NCBI GenBank assembly: GCA_037200925.1
Contig: JBBCGO010000001.1
Span: forward strand, 824,235 to 888,234
DNA from: Candidatus Doudnabacteria bacterium
GTDB taxonomy: Bacteria; Patescibacteriota; Doudnabacteria; UBA920; O2-02-FULL-48-8
Direction: 5' to 3'
Length of the DNA stretch: 64,000 nt
This document shows, one piece after another, positions 1 to 8,638 of this stretch (position 1 is the stretch's first letter; the number at the start of each line of letters is the position of its first letter). The notes under the pieces were generated by a model. The model was given only the letters and a program-made list of their open reading frames with translations, made no database searches and was not told the DNA's origin. The position numbers and the translations under genes are program-made.

Positions 1-2
1 GA

Positions 3-572
3 GGTTGGCAAGAATATTATCAGACGACAAAAAATAACCCGACGTCTGAATTGTTAGTAAGAGCAGCGTCTTTTGTAAATGAAAAAGACGCTGCTTTAGA
101 TTTGGGAGCAGGAGCACTTAAGGATAGCAAATATTTACTATCAATCGGTTTTAATAAAGTCGTCGCTGTTGACCAAGAGACTATTCCTGAAGAATTAGTG
201 AAGCCACTCTCTAAGGATCGTTTTGAGTTCGTGCAATCCAGTTTTGATAAATATAATTTTCCGAAAGATTTTTTCGATTTGATCAACGCACAATTTTCTT
301 TGCCGTTCAACCCACCAGAAACTTTCCATAAAGTCATGAAATCAATAAAAAATTCTCTCAATACAGGCGGTATTTTTACTGGCCAATTGTTTGGTATAAA
401 TGACGAATGGAAGAAAGATGAAGCAATGACCTTTCATACAAAAGAGCAAGCCTTGGATTATTTTTCAGATATGGAAATTTTGGAATTTACTGAAGTCGAT
501 AAACAGGGCCGCTTGAGCAATGGCCAGTCGAAACATTGGCATTTTTATGCAGTTATCGTCAGAAAGAAATAG
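3..572 (+). CDS. Class I SAM-dependent methyltransferase, TehB-like (5' end truncated by window edge)
   Basis: The frame is open from nt 3. Motif I DLGAGALKDS is present, and the overall layout resembles TehB-type small methyltransferases, for example QEYYQ...LDLGxG aligning with TehB DYYNQ...LDLGCG. Confidence 0.55.
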   Translation, partial: GWQEYYQTTKNNPTSELLVRAASFVNEKDAALDLGAGALKDSKYLLSIGFNKVVAVDQETIPEELVKPLSKDRFEFVQSSFDKYNFPKDFFDLINAQFSLPFNPPETFHKVMKSIKNSLNTGGIFTGQLFGINDEWKKDEAMTFHTKEQALDYFSDMEILEFTEVDKQGRLSNGQSKHWHFYAVIVRKK

Positions 573-616
573 AAATAAAAAATACCAGTTATCTGGGATT
601 TTTTAACTTTAAATAT

Positions 617-1021
617 TTATATCAACATGGCCACGATGGCGACAGTAAGACCGATCAAAGCGGCATACAAGGTGATGCGGCTGCCTTTTTGTTTATCCAT
701 CGCTTTCGAAGCATCGTCTGTGATTGCTTGTGTCTGGCCGGCTGGGCCGAAGTTGAAAAGTCCGCGACGCGCAAAACCGGAGCAGAAATGAAAATATGCC
801 TGCAGGAAACCGGACGCTGACATGGTCGCAGGCAAGAAGACAAACAACCGCCACCACGGATTGACCTTGAACCATATAAGCGCAGCCAGCAGTATTACAA
901 CAATTGCAAGACTAACCCAGCCGAGATTTCTCCTTCTGGCTATCTCTGCCGGACCGATATTACATACACCAGGAACATATTCTGATTGAGTCATATGATT
1001 ATAGATTACCAAAAAAACCAT
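617..1021 (-). CDS. Small integral membrane protein, hypothetical
   Basis: 134-aa ORF with two or three hydrophobic helices. No catalytic motif was recognised. Confidence 0.4.
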   Translation of the reverse strand: MVFLVIYNHMTQSEYVPGVCNIGPAEIARRRNLGWVSLAIVVILLAALIWFKVNPWWRLFVFLPATMSASGFLQAYFHFCSGFARRGLFNFGPAGQTQAITDDASKAMDKQKGSRITLYAALIGLTVAIVAMLI

Positions 1022-1113
1022 CTGACGCCAATCTGACCTCTTGAAATCCTGAGCAAAATCTGTTAAAATTGCTCTGCGTTCGGGCGTAGCTCAGCGGTAG
1101 AGCAGCTGACTGT

Positions 1114-1670
1114 GAACAAGTTCTTAAAGGCGGCATAAAGGTCTTATTTATGCCAAAATCTAATAGAACATATTCCGACCGTTCTCAATATATAATCCAA
1201 GCTGTGACCAAACGCCGTAAAAAGCTTCGGGAGATGGCAAGGACATATAAAGGCGGTAAGTGTATGATCTGTGGTTATGATCGTTACTTGGGTGCATTGG
1301 ACTTTCATCATCTTGATCCTTCCAAGAAAAAATTTGGTATTTCCATGAATGGACTCACTAAATCTTGGGAAAAGATTAGGATTGAGTTGGATAAATGTAT
1401 TCTGATTTGCGCCAATTGCCACAGGGAATTACATGCAGGAGTATTGCAGCTTCCTGGTGAAAGCCAGGTTGAAAAACGAGGTGAATTCGGGGAAGTCCAA
1501 TCTTCTGAAAAGTTGTTGGATAATCCCGAGCCAAGCGCAGACAATTTGTCTGTGAAGGTGTAGAGACTATCCCGACAGGGAGTAGTCCTTGCAGGAATGC
1601 AAGGCCGAAGCGCCTCGGACCTTAAACGGTTATGATATAGTCCATACTAAAGGTAACTTTAGATAAAATG
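1114..1670 (+). mobile_element. Group-I-like intron carrying an HNH homing-endonuclease ORF
   Basis: The 5' exon ends in U and the intervening sequence ends in G (omega-G). A P7-like pair GACTAT (1564-1569) and ATAGTC (1636-1641) sits in a context GATATAGTCC resembling the Tetrahymena P7 3' strand GAUAUAGUCGG. P8- and P9-like hairpins lie at 1587-1604 and 1644-1660. A candidate internal guide GCGG is at 1127-1130. The ORF occupies the 5' two thirds. Confidence 0.6.
1150..1563 (+). CDS. HNH homing endonuclease (intron-encoded)
   Basis: CMICGY...HHLDP...CANCHRELH is an HNH zinc-finger nuclease motif. The ORF lies wholly inside the tRNA intervening sequence. Confidence 0.8.
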   Translation: MPKSNRTYSDRSQYIIQAVTKRRKKLREMARTYKGGKCMICGYDRYLGALDFHHLDPSKKKFGISMNGLTKSWEKIRIELDKCILICANCHRELHAGVLQLPGESQVEKRGEFGEVQSSEKLLDNPEPSADNLSVKV

Positions 1671-1711
1671 TAATCAGCGGGTCGCTGGTTCGAATCCAGC
1701 CGCCCGAGCCA

Positions 1712-1750
1712 AAAGAAAATTGCCGACCTTGTGTCGGCGATTTTCTTTTT
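1712..1750 (+). terminator. Rho-independent terminator after the tRNA
   Basis: Hairpin GCCGAC-cttgtg-GTCGGC, extended by AAAGAAAAT/ATTTTCTTT, followed by a T-run. Confidence 0.6.
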
Positions 1751-1823
1751 GAGTGAGGCAAGTCTTCAAGACCCCATCTTTTAAAGACGGGGCCTTGTTT
1801 GCTTTTCAATCTCAGATCTGAAA

Positions 1824-3965
1824 TTATCTGACCTGATTGACAGTGAACTGGGCCTGGCCCGATGTCACGACCATGGAGCCGATCGCCTTATTGACGATCG
1901 ATTTGAGGTTTGCATTAATTTCGCAGATGCTCTCCTGGACTTCCCCCGGTCTGATAATCGCGTTTATCCCGTCGGTGTAGATGATGAGAGCGGTTACGTC
2001 TGTTGGCCCTGGTACGTAGCTTGCATGCGCGTTCGCATCATTGATCATCTGCTGCGCCGCAGTACTGATGCCGAACTGAGGACTCGGATCCCCAACTAGC
2101 GCCCAGATAGCTGTCTGCACATCCTTCACAAAATCGAGGTCGGATTTACCGGCTCCGCGGATCTTGTGGTTGAGCGTGTAGTTGACCTTGTTCCAGGCCA
2201 GAACAGCGACATCGGCAGGCAAACTACCGGCAGTAGTCGAGTACAGATGCGCTGACTGGTTGTGCAGGTCAGTGGGCACGCCATCCTGTATGCACCAGCA
2301 CTTATAGGTGCTGTCGGGCACATTGGCACCGGCACCCGTGATAGCAGTGTCTTGCGAGCTATTGGCGAATCCCAGCCAGGCCCCGGTGTTTATGTTCGCC
2401 GTGACCCCCTGTATCCAGTTCGTCACGCTACCCAGATCAGAGGCCTGCGTAACGTAGTTCTTCGTGCAGGTGAAGGTCGCGCCAGGAAGTATGATCGTCG
2501 CTATTGATCCGCAGGTAAATGTACCGAGTTTGTCATCGTTAATCGTGAATGGGCCGGTAAGCGGCATGTTGCCGTTGTCGGTCAACGCATAGGTATAGAC
2601 AATCGTCTGGCCGGCGGCAGAGTAAGTAATCGGGTTCGCCGACTTGTTCAGTGACAGGCTGAATGCAGGGGGGACTTGTACGACTAGGGAATTAGCGACC
2701 GTGCAGGTGGCCTGACTGCCAGCCACGACAGAAACCGAAGAGCAGGTGCTGGAGTTCTGTGTCCAGCCGGCCTGCGGGGTTTCCGTGATGGAATACGTTC
2801 CGGGCATGACCGCGGAGAACGTTTTTGTACCGCTGTTGGCAGTCGTGGTGATGACAAAGCTCGTGTTGCCCGGTATATTGCTGGTGAAGTTGAATGTGCC
2901 GTCAACGCCGCTGGTTGTCTTTGTGACTACCAGCGTCCCGGTTGTGGGAGGAGGAGTGCCTGGGCACGATGATGGGTTAAATGTGTCTGCGGCAGTCGTC
3001 ACGGTTCCGCCAAATGCCAAGGCCCGGCCATTCCATGTTACTTGGTTGCCTACGGTAATAGCCGTACCAATGACAGTTCCTGCAAACGTCGAGTTGGCGC
3101 CAAGGGTAGTGGCCCCAGTTGGGGTCCAAAACACATCGCAGACTGTTGCGCCGGGTGAAAATGTGACGGAAGAGGCGGCTGTAGTATTAAGCGCGCCAAC
3201 CATCCGAAAGAGGTATTGTCCGCTACCCCTAATGGTAATTCCCGGTGCTCCTACTGAAGCCGCGCCTGTAATACAATAGACTCCGGGTTCTAGCGGTTGC
3301 GGTAGTGCACTTAGGACAGTGGCAGCACCAAAATTGAAATCACAGGGTTGATCATTCAAGATCGCCAAAGCAGCGGCCTGATCTGCGCCTGCTTGGAGAT
3401 AAACTGGGTCAGGGGCCACGTAGGTTGTGCCATTCACTACGGGTGACATGGCGGGCGGGACAGTGTATCCTAGGTTTCCATTGATAATAGTTCCTGGTGC
3501 CGCGTTGGCCAAGGTACCGGTCAGAACCCTGAATGTGGCCGCAGCCCCAAGAGACGGAGGAAGCGTGGGGGGTATATCGTCATTGGTGACAGTGCAGGTT
3601 TTGGTCTCGAATGGGGACAAGGTGCCTGTGCAGTCAGCGGAAAAAGTGGCGGTATAGCTGGAAGGACCCGTTTCAATCACGCTGTAAAAAGAGTCATCCT
3701 GGATAGTGACTAAAACTCCCGGTGATTCTACGCCAGGGAAAGTAGTGGGCGTCCCAATAACTCCATTAACCGTCATTGTGAAATCAGAGGCAACCGCAGT
3801 GCCGCCGTTATCATTTATGACGTGTTTAATGACATTCAGAAAAGCTGGGGGTTGAAATGCAGCTTCCGCAGGGATAAGCCTTGCAAGACCGAATAAAATG
3901 GGCAGAACTAAGACGGCTAGTGCAACTGCCATTGCACTCTTTTTAAGAATTATGGTTTTACTCAT
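1824..3965 (-). CDS. Secreted surface protein with an ice-binding-like (DUF3494) beta-helix domain and Ig/prealbumin-like repeat domains
   Basis: N-terminal signal or TM segment. The central region (TFRVLTGTLANAAPGTIINGNLG...QAGADQAAALAILN...GVYCITGAASVGAPGITI...VFWTPTGATTLGANSTFAGTVIG...GRALAFGGTVTT) matches the DUF3494/IBP signature. A following TGTLVVTKTTSGVDGTFNF...ITETPQAGW segment resembles SpaA/DUF11-type domains. Confidence 0.6.
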   Translation of the reverse strand: MSKTIILKKSAMAVALAVLVLPILFGLARLIPAEAAFQPPAFLNVIKHVINDNGGTAVASDFTMTVNGVIGTPTTFPGVESPGVLVTIQDDSFYSVIETGPSSYTATFSADCTGTLSPFETKTCTVTNDDIPPTLPPSLGAAATFRVLTGTLANAAPGTIINGNLGYTVPPAMSPVVNGTTYVAPDPVYLQAGADQAAALAILNDQPCDFNFGAATVLSALPQPLEPGVYCITGAASVGAPGITIRGSGQYLFRMVGALNTTAASSVTFSPGATVCDVFWTPTGATTLGANSTFAGTVIGTAITVGNQVTWNGRALAFGGTVTTAADTFNPSSCPGTPPPTTGTLVVTKTTSGVDGTFNFTSNIPGNTSFVITTTANSGTKTFSAVMPGTYSITETPQAGWTQNSSTCSSVSVVAGSQATCTVANSLVVQVPPAFSLSLNKSANPITYSAAGQTIVYTYALTDNGNMPLTGPFTINDDKLGTFTCGSIATIILPGATFTCTKNYVTQASDLGSVTNWIQGVTANINTGAWLGFANSSQDTAITGAGANVPDSTYKCWCIQDGVPTDLHNQSAHLYSTTAGSLPADVAVLAWNKVNYTLNHKIRGAGKSDLDFVKDVQTAIWALVGDPSPQFGISTAAQQMINDANAHASYVPGPTDVTALIIYTDGINAIIRPGEVQESICEINANLKSIVNKAIGSMVVTSGQAQFTVNQVR

Positions 3966-4312
3966 TGTTATATGTGTTTATTAATGATTCAAAGGCAAAG
4001 TTTGTATTAATGATTGATTTGACGAATTGTTTATAAATTCAAGTACAGTCGACACTATACTTCGTCGAAAATTAAGCTCTCCTTATCTACTATACTTGTA
4101 TGCTATATGCGGCGGTAAGTAATAGATATGGATGATCCCACAAGATTAACCCCTATTTTGACCGAAAGGTGTCTAAAAGATCTTTCTAAATTGCTACTTC
4201 TTCTTTTTTACATAATAAGTTCTAATATCATCCACGATTCGGAGCCCACAAAATAGATTAGCGTGCGCTTACGTTTTTTGTTATTATAGATGTATTAAAT
4301 TAACAGATTTTT

Positions 4313-4723
4313 ATGGCAGAAATAAAGACTAAGGCCACGAAGGCCAGTGTTATGGAATTTCTTAAATCGGTCAAACCTGAAGATAAACAAAAGGATGGTT
4401 TGGCTTTGCTGAAAATGTTCAAAAAAATTACGGGCGAGAAACCCGTGATGTGGGGGACGAGTATTGTGGGCTTCGGGAAATATCATTATAAATCCGTGAG
4501 CAGTGAGGGTGAGTGGTTTGAAGTAGGGTTCTCGCCTCGAAAGCAAAATCTGACTCTGTATATCCTGGCGTGGAAGCAGGAAAATCCGGCGCTGGCTAAA
4601 TTAGGAAAGTATAAAAGAGGCGGTGGATGTCTGTACGTCAACCGCCTTTCTGATGTGGACGAGAAAGTCTTGGCCTCACTCATCAAAACTGTATATACGC
4701 ATAGGAAGAAAATTCATCAATAG
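4313..4723 (+). CDS. DUF1801 (YdhG-like) domain protein
   Basis: The block WGTSIVGFGKYHYKSVSSEGEWFEVGFSPRKQNLTLYI is characteristic of DUF1801. Confidence 0.7.
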   Translation: MAEIKTKATKASVMEFLKSVKPEDKQKDGLALLKMFKKITGEKPVMWGTSIVGFGKYHYKSVSSEGEWFEVGFSPRKQNLTLYILAWKQENPALAKLGKYKRGGGCLYVNRLSDVDEKVLASLIKTVYTHRKKIHQ

Positions 4724-4795
4724 TAAAGGCTAGAGTAATTTGCTATAATATTTATGTAAAAAGGTCGAAGGTTAAGAAATCAAAAACACAATTTT

Positions 4796-5176
4796 ATGGA
4801 CTCTACAATTGTTTTGGCCAGAATCGTCGGCATCATGTCCCTGCTGGTTGGCTTGTCATTCATGAATAAAAGTTATATCACAGCCATCGTCGATGACATA
4901 GTAAATAGCAAGGGATTACTTTGGTTTGTGGGTTTTGTCATGGCTATTCTGGGAGCTCTCATGCTGGCGGGTTACAGCACCTGGAGCTTTCATTGGCCGG
5001 TACTGATTACTATCTGGGGCTGGTTGGCTCTCATCAAAGGCACGGTCATCATGTTGTTTCCGACATCATGGCTTTCATGGTACAGGAAGGTTAAGTCCAG
5101 CGGCATCATGATGGTTACCGGTGTGGTCCCAATTATCTTCGGAATTATTTTGCTATATAAGGGTTTTATGGGGTAA
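4796..5176 (+). CDS. Hypothetical integral membrane protein
   Basis: 126 aa with four predicted hydrophobic helices. Confidence 0.4.
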   Translation: MDSTIVLARIVGIMSLLVGLSFMNKSYITAIVDDIVNSKGLLWFVGFVMAILGALMLAGYSTWSFHWPVLITIWGWLALIKGTVIMLFPTSWLSWYRKVKSSGIMMVTGVVPIIFGIILLYKGFMG

Positions 5177-5457
5177 CAGTTCTTATATTGTTCACAAAAG
5201 ACATTAGCGAAAGCTAGTGTTAAAGAAAAAACCCCAATCTTGTATTGGAGTTTTTTTATTTCTGTTGGCAGGATTCGCTTTTTTATTTGAATGCAAAAGA
5301 CATCAACACGATTGTTAAGGCATTAAGAACCACTAACGCTATTACTGTTTTTGAACGCGCGGGAAAGGGCTTGATTAAAATATAGATCGTATAGATTATT
5401 GCAACAATCGCCGCACCAATAAAATTTCCTTTTACCATATTTTTATAATGAGGTTAA

Positions 5458-6318
5458 TTAAGGCTGGCCCAGTAAGGCAATATCTTTGGGTCCTGCTAAA
5501 GTTGCCAGGAATTCAGTATCCGCATACGCCATATACAAATGCGGTTCGCCTAAGACCACTACAATATACTGTTTAGTTTGATATTTCAGAACCGTGGCAA
5601 GATTGTAGTGTGACTCCGGAAGATAGCCGGTCTTGCTGCCGACCAGATCAACCACAGAACTGGCCAGAAGAGTATCGCTGTTCGTTATCATTTGGTTGTA
5701 TTTGGAATTGTTTAGCGAGACCAGGTTATAGTCGGACTTCTGGGCAATCGTGCTCAAGTAGGGGTTGTTGAAGGCCTCAGCAACAATTTTCCCATAATCT
5801 GCCGCAGTGATCTTATTATCCGGATCCATTCCCGTCGGTTCATAAAAACGACTGTTGGCAGCCCCCAATGCTTTGGCTTTAGCGTTCATTTTTTTGGCAA
5901 ATTGTGATGTCGATAATCCGGTACTGCGGGCCAAAGCATTCGCTGCATTGTTTGCGGACTTTATGATGACTGCATTGAAAAGGCCATCTAAAGTGAATTT
6001 CACGCCGGAGGCAGACTTGATGCAAACTCCTCCGTTGCTGCACTGACCCGCAGTTTGATCGGCTTTGGCCATCGTTACGGATTTAGAAAGATTGGGTTTG
6101 GTATCGAGAACCACCAGGGCTGTAATAAGCTTGGTTAAGGATGCGGCAGTCCAAGCTAGATCAGGATTTTCCGCAGCTACCACCAGCTTGGTATCAGCAT
6201 CGATGATGACATATGCTTTTGCAGTGACGCCGCCGGAGGTCTGGGCCGAAGCAAAATGGGGAAGAATTGAGGCGATAACTATAGCTAAGACAATGATTTT
6301 TTGTTTAATGTGATTCAT
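5458..6318 (-). CDS. D-alanyl-D-alanine carboxypeptidase (serine-type, PBP5/S11-like)
   Basis: Signal peptide, then the SxxK motif (AASLTK), SxN (KSANN) and KTG (GSKTGY). Confidence 0.8.
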   Translation of the reverse strand: MNHIKQKIIVLAIVIASILPHFASAQTSGGVTAKAYVIIDADTKLVVAAENPDLAWTAASLTKLITALVVLDTKPNLSKSVTMAKADQTAGQCSNGGVCIKSASGVKFTLDGLFNAVIIKSANNAANALARSTGLSTSQFAKKMNAKAKALGAANSRFYEPTGMDPDNKITAADYGKIVAEAFNNPYLSTIAQKSDYNLVSLNNSKYNQMITNSDTLLASSVVDLVGSKTGYLPESHYNLATVLKYQTKQYIVVVLGEPHLYMAYADTEFLATLAGPKDIALLGQP

Positions 6319-6500
6319 GGCTGCAAGTATTATACTCTGAATTTAATTATTTACCCAAGCAATCCAGCATCCCGAGCTTTTATAAAATAATTTAATAAAA
6401 AAACAGGCTACGCGAGCGCGCAACCTGCCCTTGCTCAAAAATAGACCTCAATTAAGGCACCAAGCCCCGCGGTAAAGCCCATCAGTCCCCCTGGTAGTTT

Positions 6501-7130
6501 TTAGGGTGTGCAGCCATCGTCGATCCCTCTGGCGCCGTTTGCCAAGAGCAAACGCTTTGAGAGGCGACAGCCTGGGGTTAAGTCGAAATCCTTGTACTCG
6601 TAGTTGGGAGCCAGCAGTTTGACGATCCATACAAAAGTTTCGTCATGAGCGTTGTTGCCAAAACCCCACTGCTGATAGTGGAGAAGGTGAGCGACCTCAT
6701 GCGGAATGACCAATTTGAGGTGATCATCATGGTAGGTGAAAAACATCACCTCGTTGAGATGGATTTCAAACCGACCTGGCTCGCCGCGAGACATCGCAAC
6801 CTCGATGGGCTTCAGCGAATCCCAATAGACAGTCAACTTGACCCGAGGCAGGCGGTAAGCTTTTTGTCCTTTGAGAAAAAGTTGCGCGGACAGTTTTTCC
6901 GCTTCGGTTTTGAACTTCTGTCTAGTTTGAGCGCTCGCGCCGGGAGCCTCTGCCAAGGCGAGGGCTAACTCCTCACGAAAAACTTGTTTCCCGGCAGGTG
7001 TTGCGATTTCGAAATCCGGGTCGAGCAGCTTTTGCTCAGGGGTCGGAATCAAACTGATCTGGCCCAGAAGAATAATTGTTAAGAAGCACCGCACACATTC
7101 CTCCTTGGTTATTGCTGAAGCGCAGGTCAC
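6501..7130 (-). CDS. Putative HExxH zinc metallopeptidase (SprT/DUF45-like)
   Basis: IPHEVAHLLHYQQ HExxH motif. The N-terminus is hydrophobic. Confidence 0.4.
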   Translation of the reverse strand: MTCASAITKEECVRCFLTIILLGQISLIPTPEQKLLDPDFEIATPAGKQVFREELALALAEAPGASAQTRQKFKTEAEKLSAQLFLKGQKAYRLPRVKLTVYWDSLKPIEVAMSRGEPGRFEIHLNEVMFFTYHDDHLKLVIPHEVAHLLHYQQWGFGNNAHDETFVWIVKLLAPNYEYKDFDLTPGCRLSKRLLLANGARGIDDGCTP

Positions 7131-7273
7131 TGGCTCTTTAAAGTCTACAGGTTCAGACCAACTACTATATCAGTATTTAATAATTTTGTAAATAGCGGTT
7201 GTAATCTATTCTGCAGGCTTAGGGTCAGTTCATCCCTTGACAAGGATATTGCCGCAGTATATCATTCAACCAT

Positions 7274-7627
7274 ATGGTTGAATATACTATTTCATTAGAT
7301 AATATCTTTCATTCATTGGCCGATGAAACCAGGCGGGATATACTGCGGCGCGTAGCGAAGAAGACGCTGTCGGTCGGGCAGATTGCCAAGCATTATGGTA
7401 TGACTTTTGCCGGGATATCGAAGCATCTTAAAGTCCTTGAGAAGGCGAGGCTTATCAGTAAGCACAAGCAGGGCAAAGAGCATATTGTGTCGATCCATCC
7501 AATTGCTTTTAAGAACGCTTCGGAGTATATTAGCCAATACCAGAAGATTTGGGAGCGCCGCCTCGACAGGTTAGGGGCTTTGCTTGAAGTCGAAACCAGG
7601 AAGATTAAAGGAAGAAGAAAGCTATGA
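7274..7627 (+). CDS. ArsR/SmtB-family transcriptional regulator
   Basis: Winged-HTH region LSVGQIAKHYGMTFAGISKHLKVLEKARLI. Confidence 0.8.
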   Translation: MVEYTISLDNIFHSLADETRRDILRRVAKKTLSVGQIAKHYGMTFAGISKHLKVLEKARLISKHKQGKEHIVSIHPIAFKNASEYISQYQKIWERRLDRLGALLEVETRKIKGRRKL

Positions 7628-7932
7628 CTCAAAAAATTTCTGGAGGTGTAGTTCATAAAATGCCATCAGATTTGCGAAAAGTTCTTGTATCCGACAAAGC
7701 AGCGCTAGCGGCGTGGCAGGACCTGACTCCGCTGGCTCGCAATGAATGGATATGCTGGGTGATCTTCGTAAAGCTTGAACAGACGAGAAAGGATCATGTT
7801 AAAAGAGTGATCAGTGAGCTCAAGGAGGGGATGCGCCGGCCCTGCTGCTGGCTCGGTTGTCCTCATCGCAAAGATAAACAGGTAAGCCCTTCTGTGCAAG
7901 CTGTGCTCAATAGAAGATCTAAGAATAAATAA
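7624..7932 (+). CDS. YdeI/OmpD-associated family protein
   Basis: DLTPLARNEWICWV...KLEQTRKDHVKRVI matches the YdeI/OmpD-associated family. Its start overlaps the ArsR stop by 4 nt. Confidence 0.55.
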   Translation: MTQKISGGVVHKMPSDLRKVLVSDKAALAAWQDLTPLARNEWICWVIFVKLEQTRKDHVKRVISELKEGMRRPCCWLGCPHRKDKQVSPSVQAVLNRRSKNK

Positions 7933-7955
7933 TATAATTAATTCAAGGAGAATAT

Positions 7956-8441
7956 ATGGCACCGATTAAAGAGGTTGCTTTCGAAAGAACATATGACGCT
8001 CCAGTCGAGCAAGTGTGGCAGGCTTGGACGAAACCGGAAATGCTAAAACAATGGTGGGGTCCGGATAATGTGGTAATTCCTGAATGTGAAGTTGACTTGC
8101 GGGTTGGCGGAAGGTTTTTCATAGTCATGGAGGCCGGAGAAGGTATGGGGGAATACAAAGGTACCAAGTGGCCGATGGAAGCAGAATTCACGGTAGTGGA
8201 GCCAAAATCAAAGCTATCTTATAACGGCAAGGCTTGGGTGGGGGAAGTACAAAATGAAGAAACTGAGATTGACCAAACCACAGAGCTGACATTAACTGAA
8301 GAGAATGGCAAAACGAAGATCAAACTTAAGGCTACAATCAACAAAAGCGGACCAAATGCCCAAATGGCGGTCGAGGGAATGAAGTACGGATTCGATCAAC
8401 AGCTCAATAAGCTAAATAATTTTTTGGCAAAACACAAGTAA
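7956..8441 (+). CDS. SRPBCC/AHSA1-domain protein (activator of Hsp90 ATPase homolog)
   Basis: FERTYDAPVEQVWQAWTKPEMLKQWWGP is the typical AHSA1/START N-terminus. This family is commonly found with ArsR. Confidence 0.75.
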   Translation: MAPIKEVAFERTYDAPVEQVWQAWTKPEMLKQWWGPDNVVIPECEVDLRVGGRFFIVMEAGEGMGEYKGTKWPMEAEFTVVEPKSKLSYNGKAWVGEVQNEETEIDQTTELTLTEENGKTKIKLKATINKSGPNAQMAVEGMKYGFDQQLNKLNNFLAKHK

Positions 8442-8572
8442 ACTGTCATAAAGTTCGCCGGTCGTTGATGTAAGCGAGCTAAGAAAAAGCACCAAATTTG
8501 TGGTGCTTTTTTGTTTCCTGCTTGCCGCTATTGTATCAAATAGTCCTTAAATCAATGGGTTTTCTGCGTCCC

Positions 8573-8601
8573 CTTGACAAAAGCAAGAAAATGTGCTAAA
8601 A
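8573..8601 (+). promoter_or_regulatory. Sigma-70-type promoter (TTGACA-17-TAAAAT with upstream TGc) for the sortase gene
   Basis: TTGACAaaagcaagaaaatgtgcTAAAAT lies 38 nt upstream of the ATG at 8639. Confidence 0.4.
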
Positions 8602-8638
8602 TGTTAAGTTAATACAATTTATTCAGGGATCTCTATAT

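Larger units (their letters stand above)
1080..1711 (+). tRNA. tRNA-Asn(GUU) gene interrupted in the anticodon loop by an intron (exon 1 1080..1113, exon 2 1671..1711 including CCA)
   Basis: 5' half TCGGGCG-TA-GCTCAGCGGTAGAGC-A-GCTGA-CTGT. 3' half TAA-TCAGC-GGGTC-GCTGGTTCGAATCCAGC-CGCCCGA-G-CCA. Acceptor and anticodon stems are perfectly complementary across the 557-nt gap. The joined loop CUGUUAA, U1-A72 and discriminator G73 match bacterial tRNA-Asn. Confidence 0.7.

Noticed and set aside
1104-1116. Reading the 5' tRNA half alone gives an intact-looking loop CUGUGAA with anticodon GUG (tRNA-His)
   Set aside because: Splice boundaries (5' exon ending in U, intron ending in G), U1-A72 and discriminator G73 with no extra G-1, and a reconstructed CUGUUAA loop all fit Asn(GUU), not His. 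The GUG reading would leave the 3' exon bases UAA unaccounted for.
2746-3279. 177-aa plus-strand ORF within the ice-binding-like protein gene
   Set aside because: This is an antisense Val/Pro-rich shadow of a Thr/Gly/Ala-rich gene with a GC-rich third position. No independent support.
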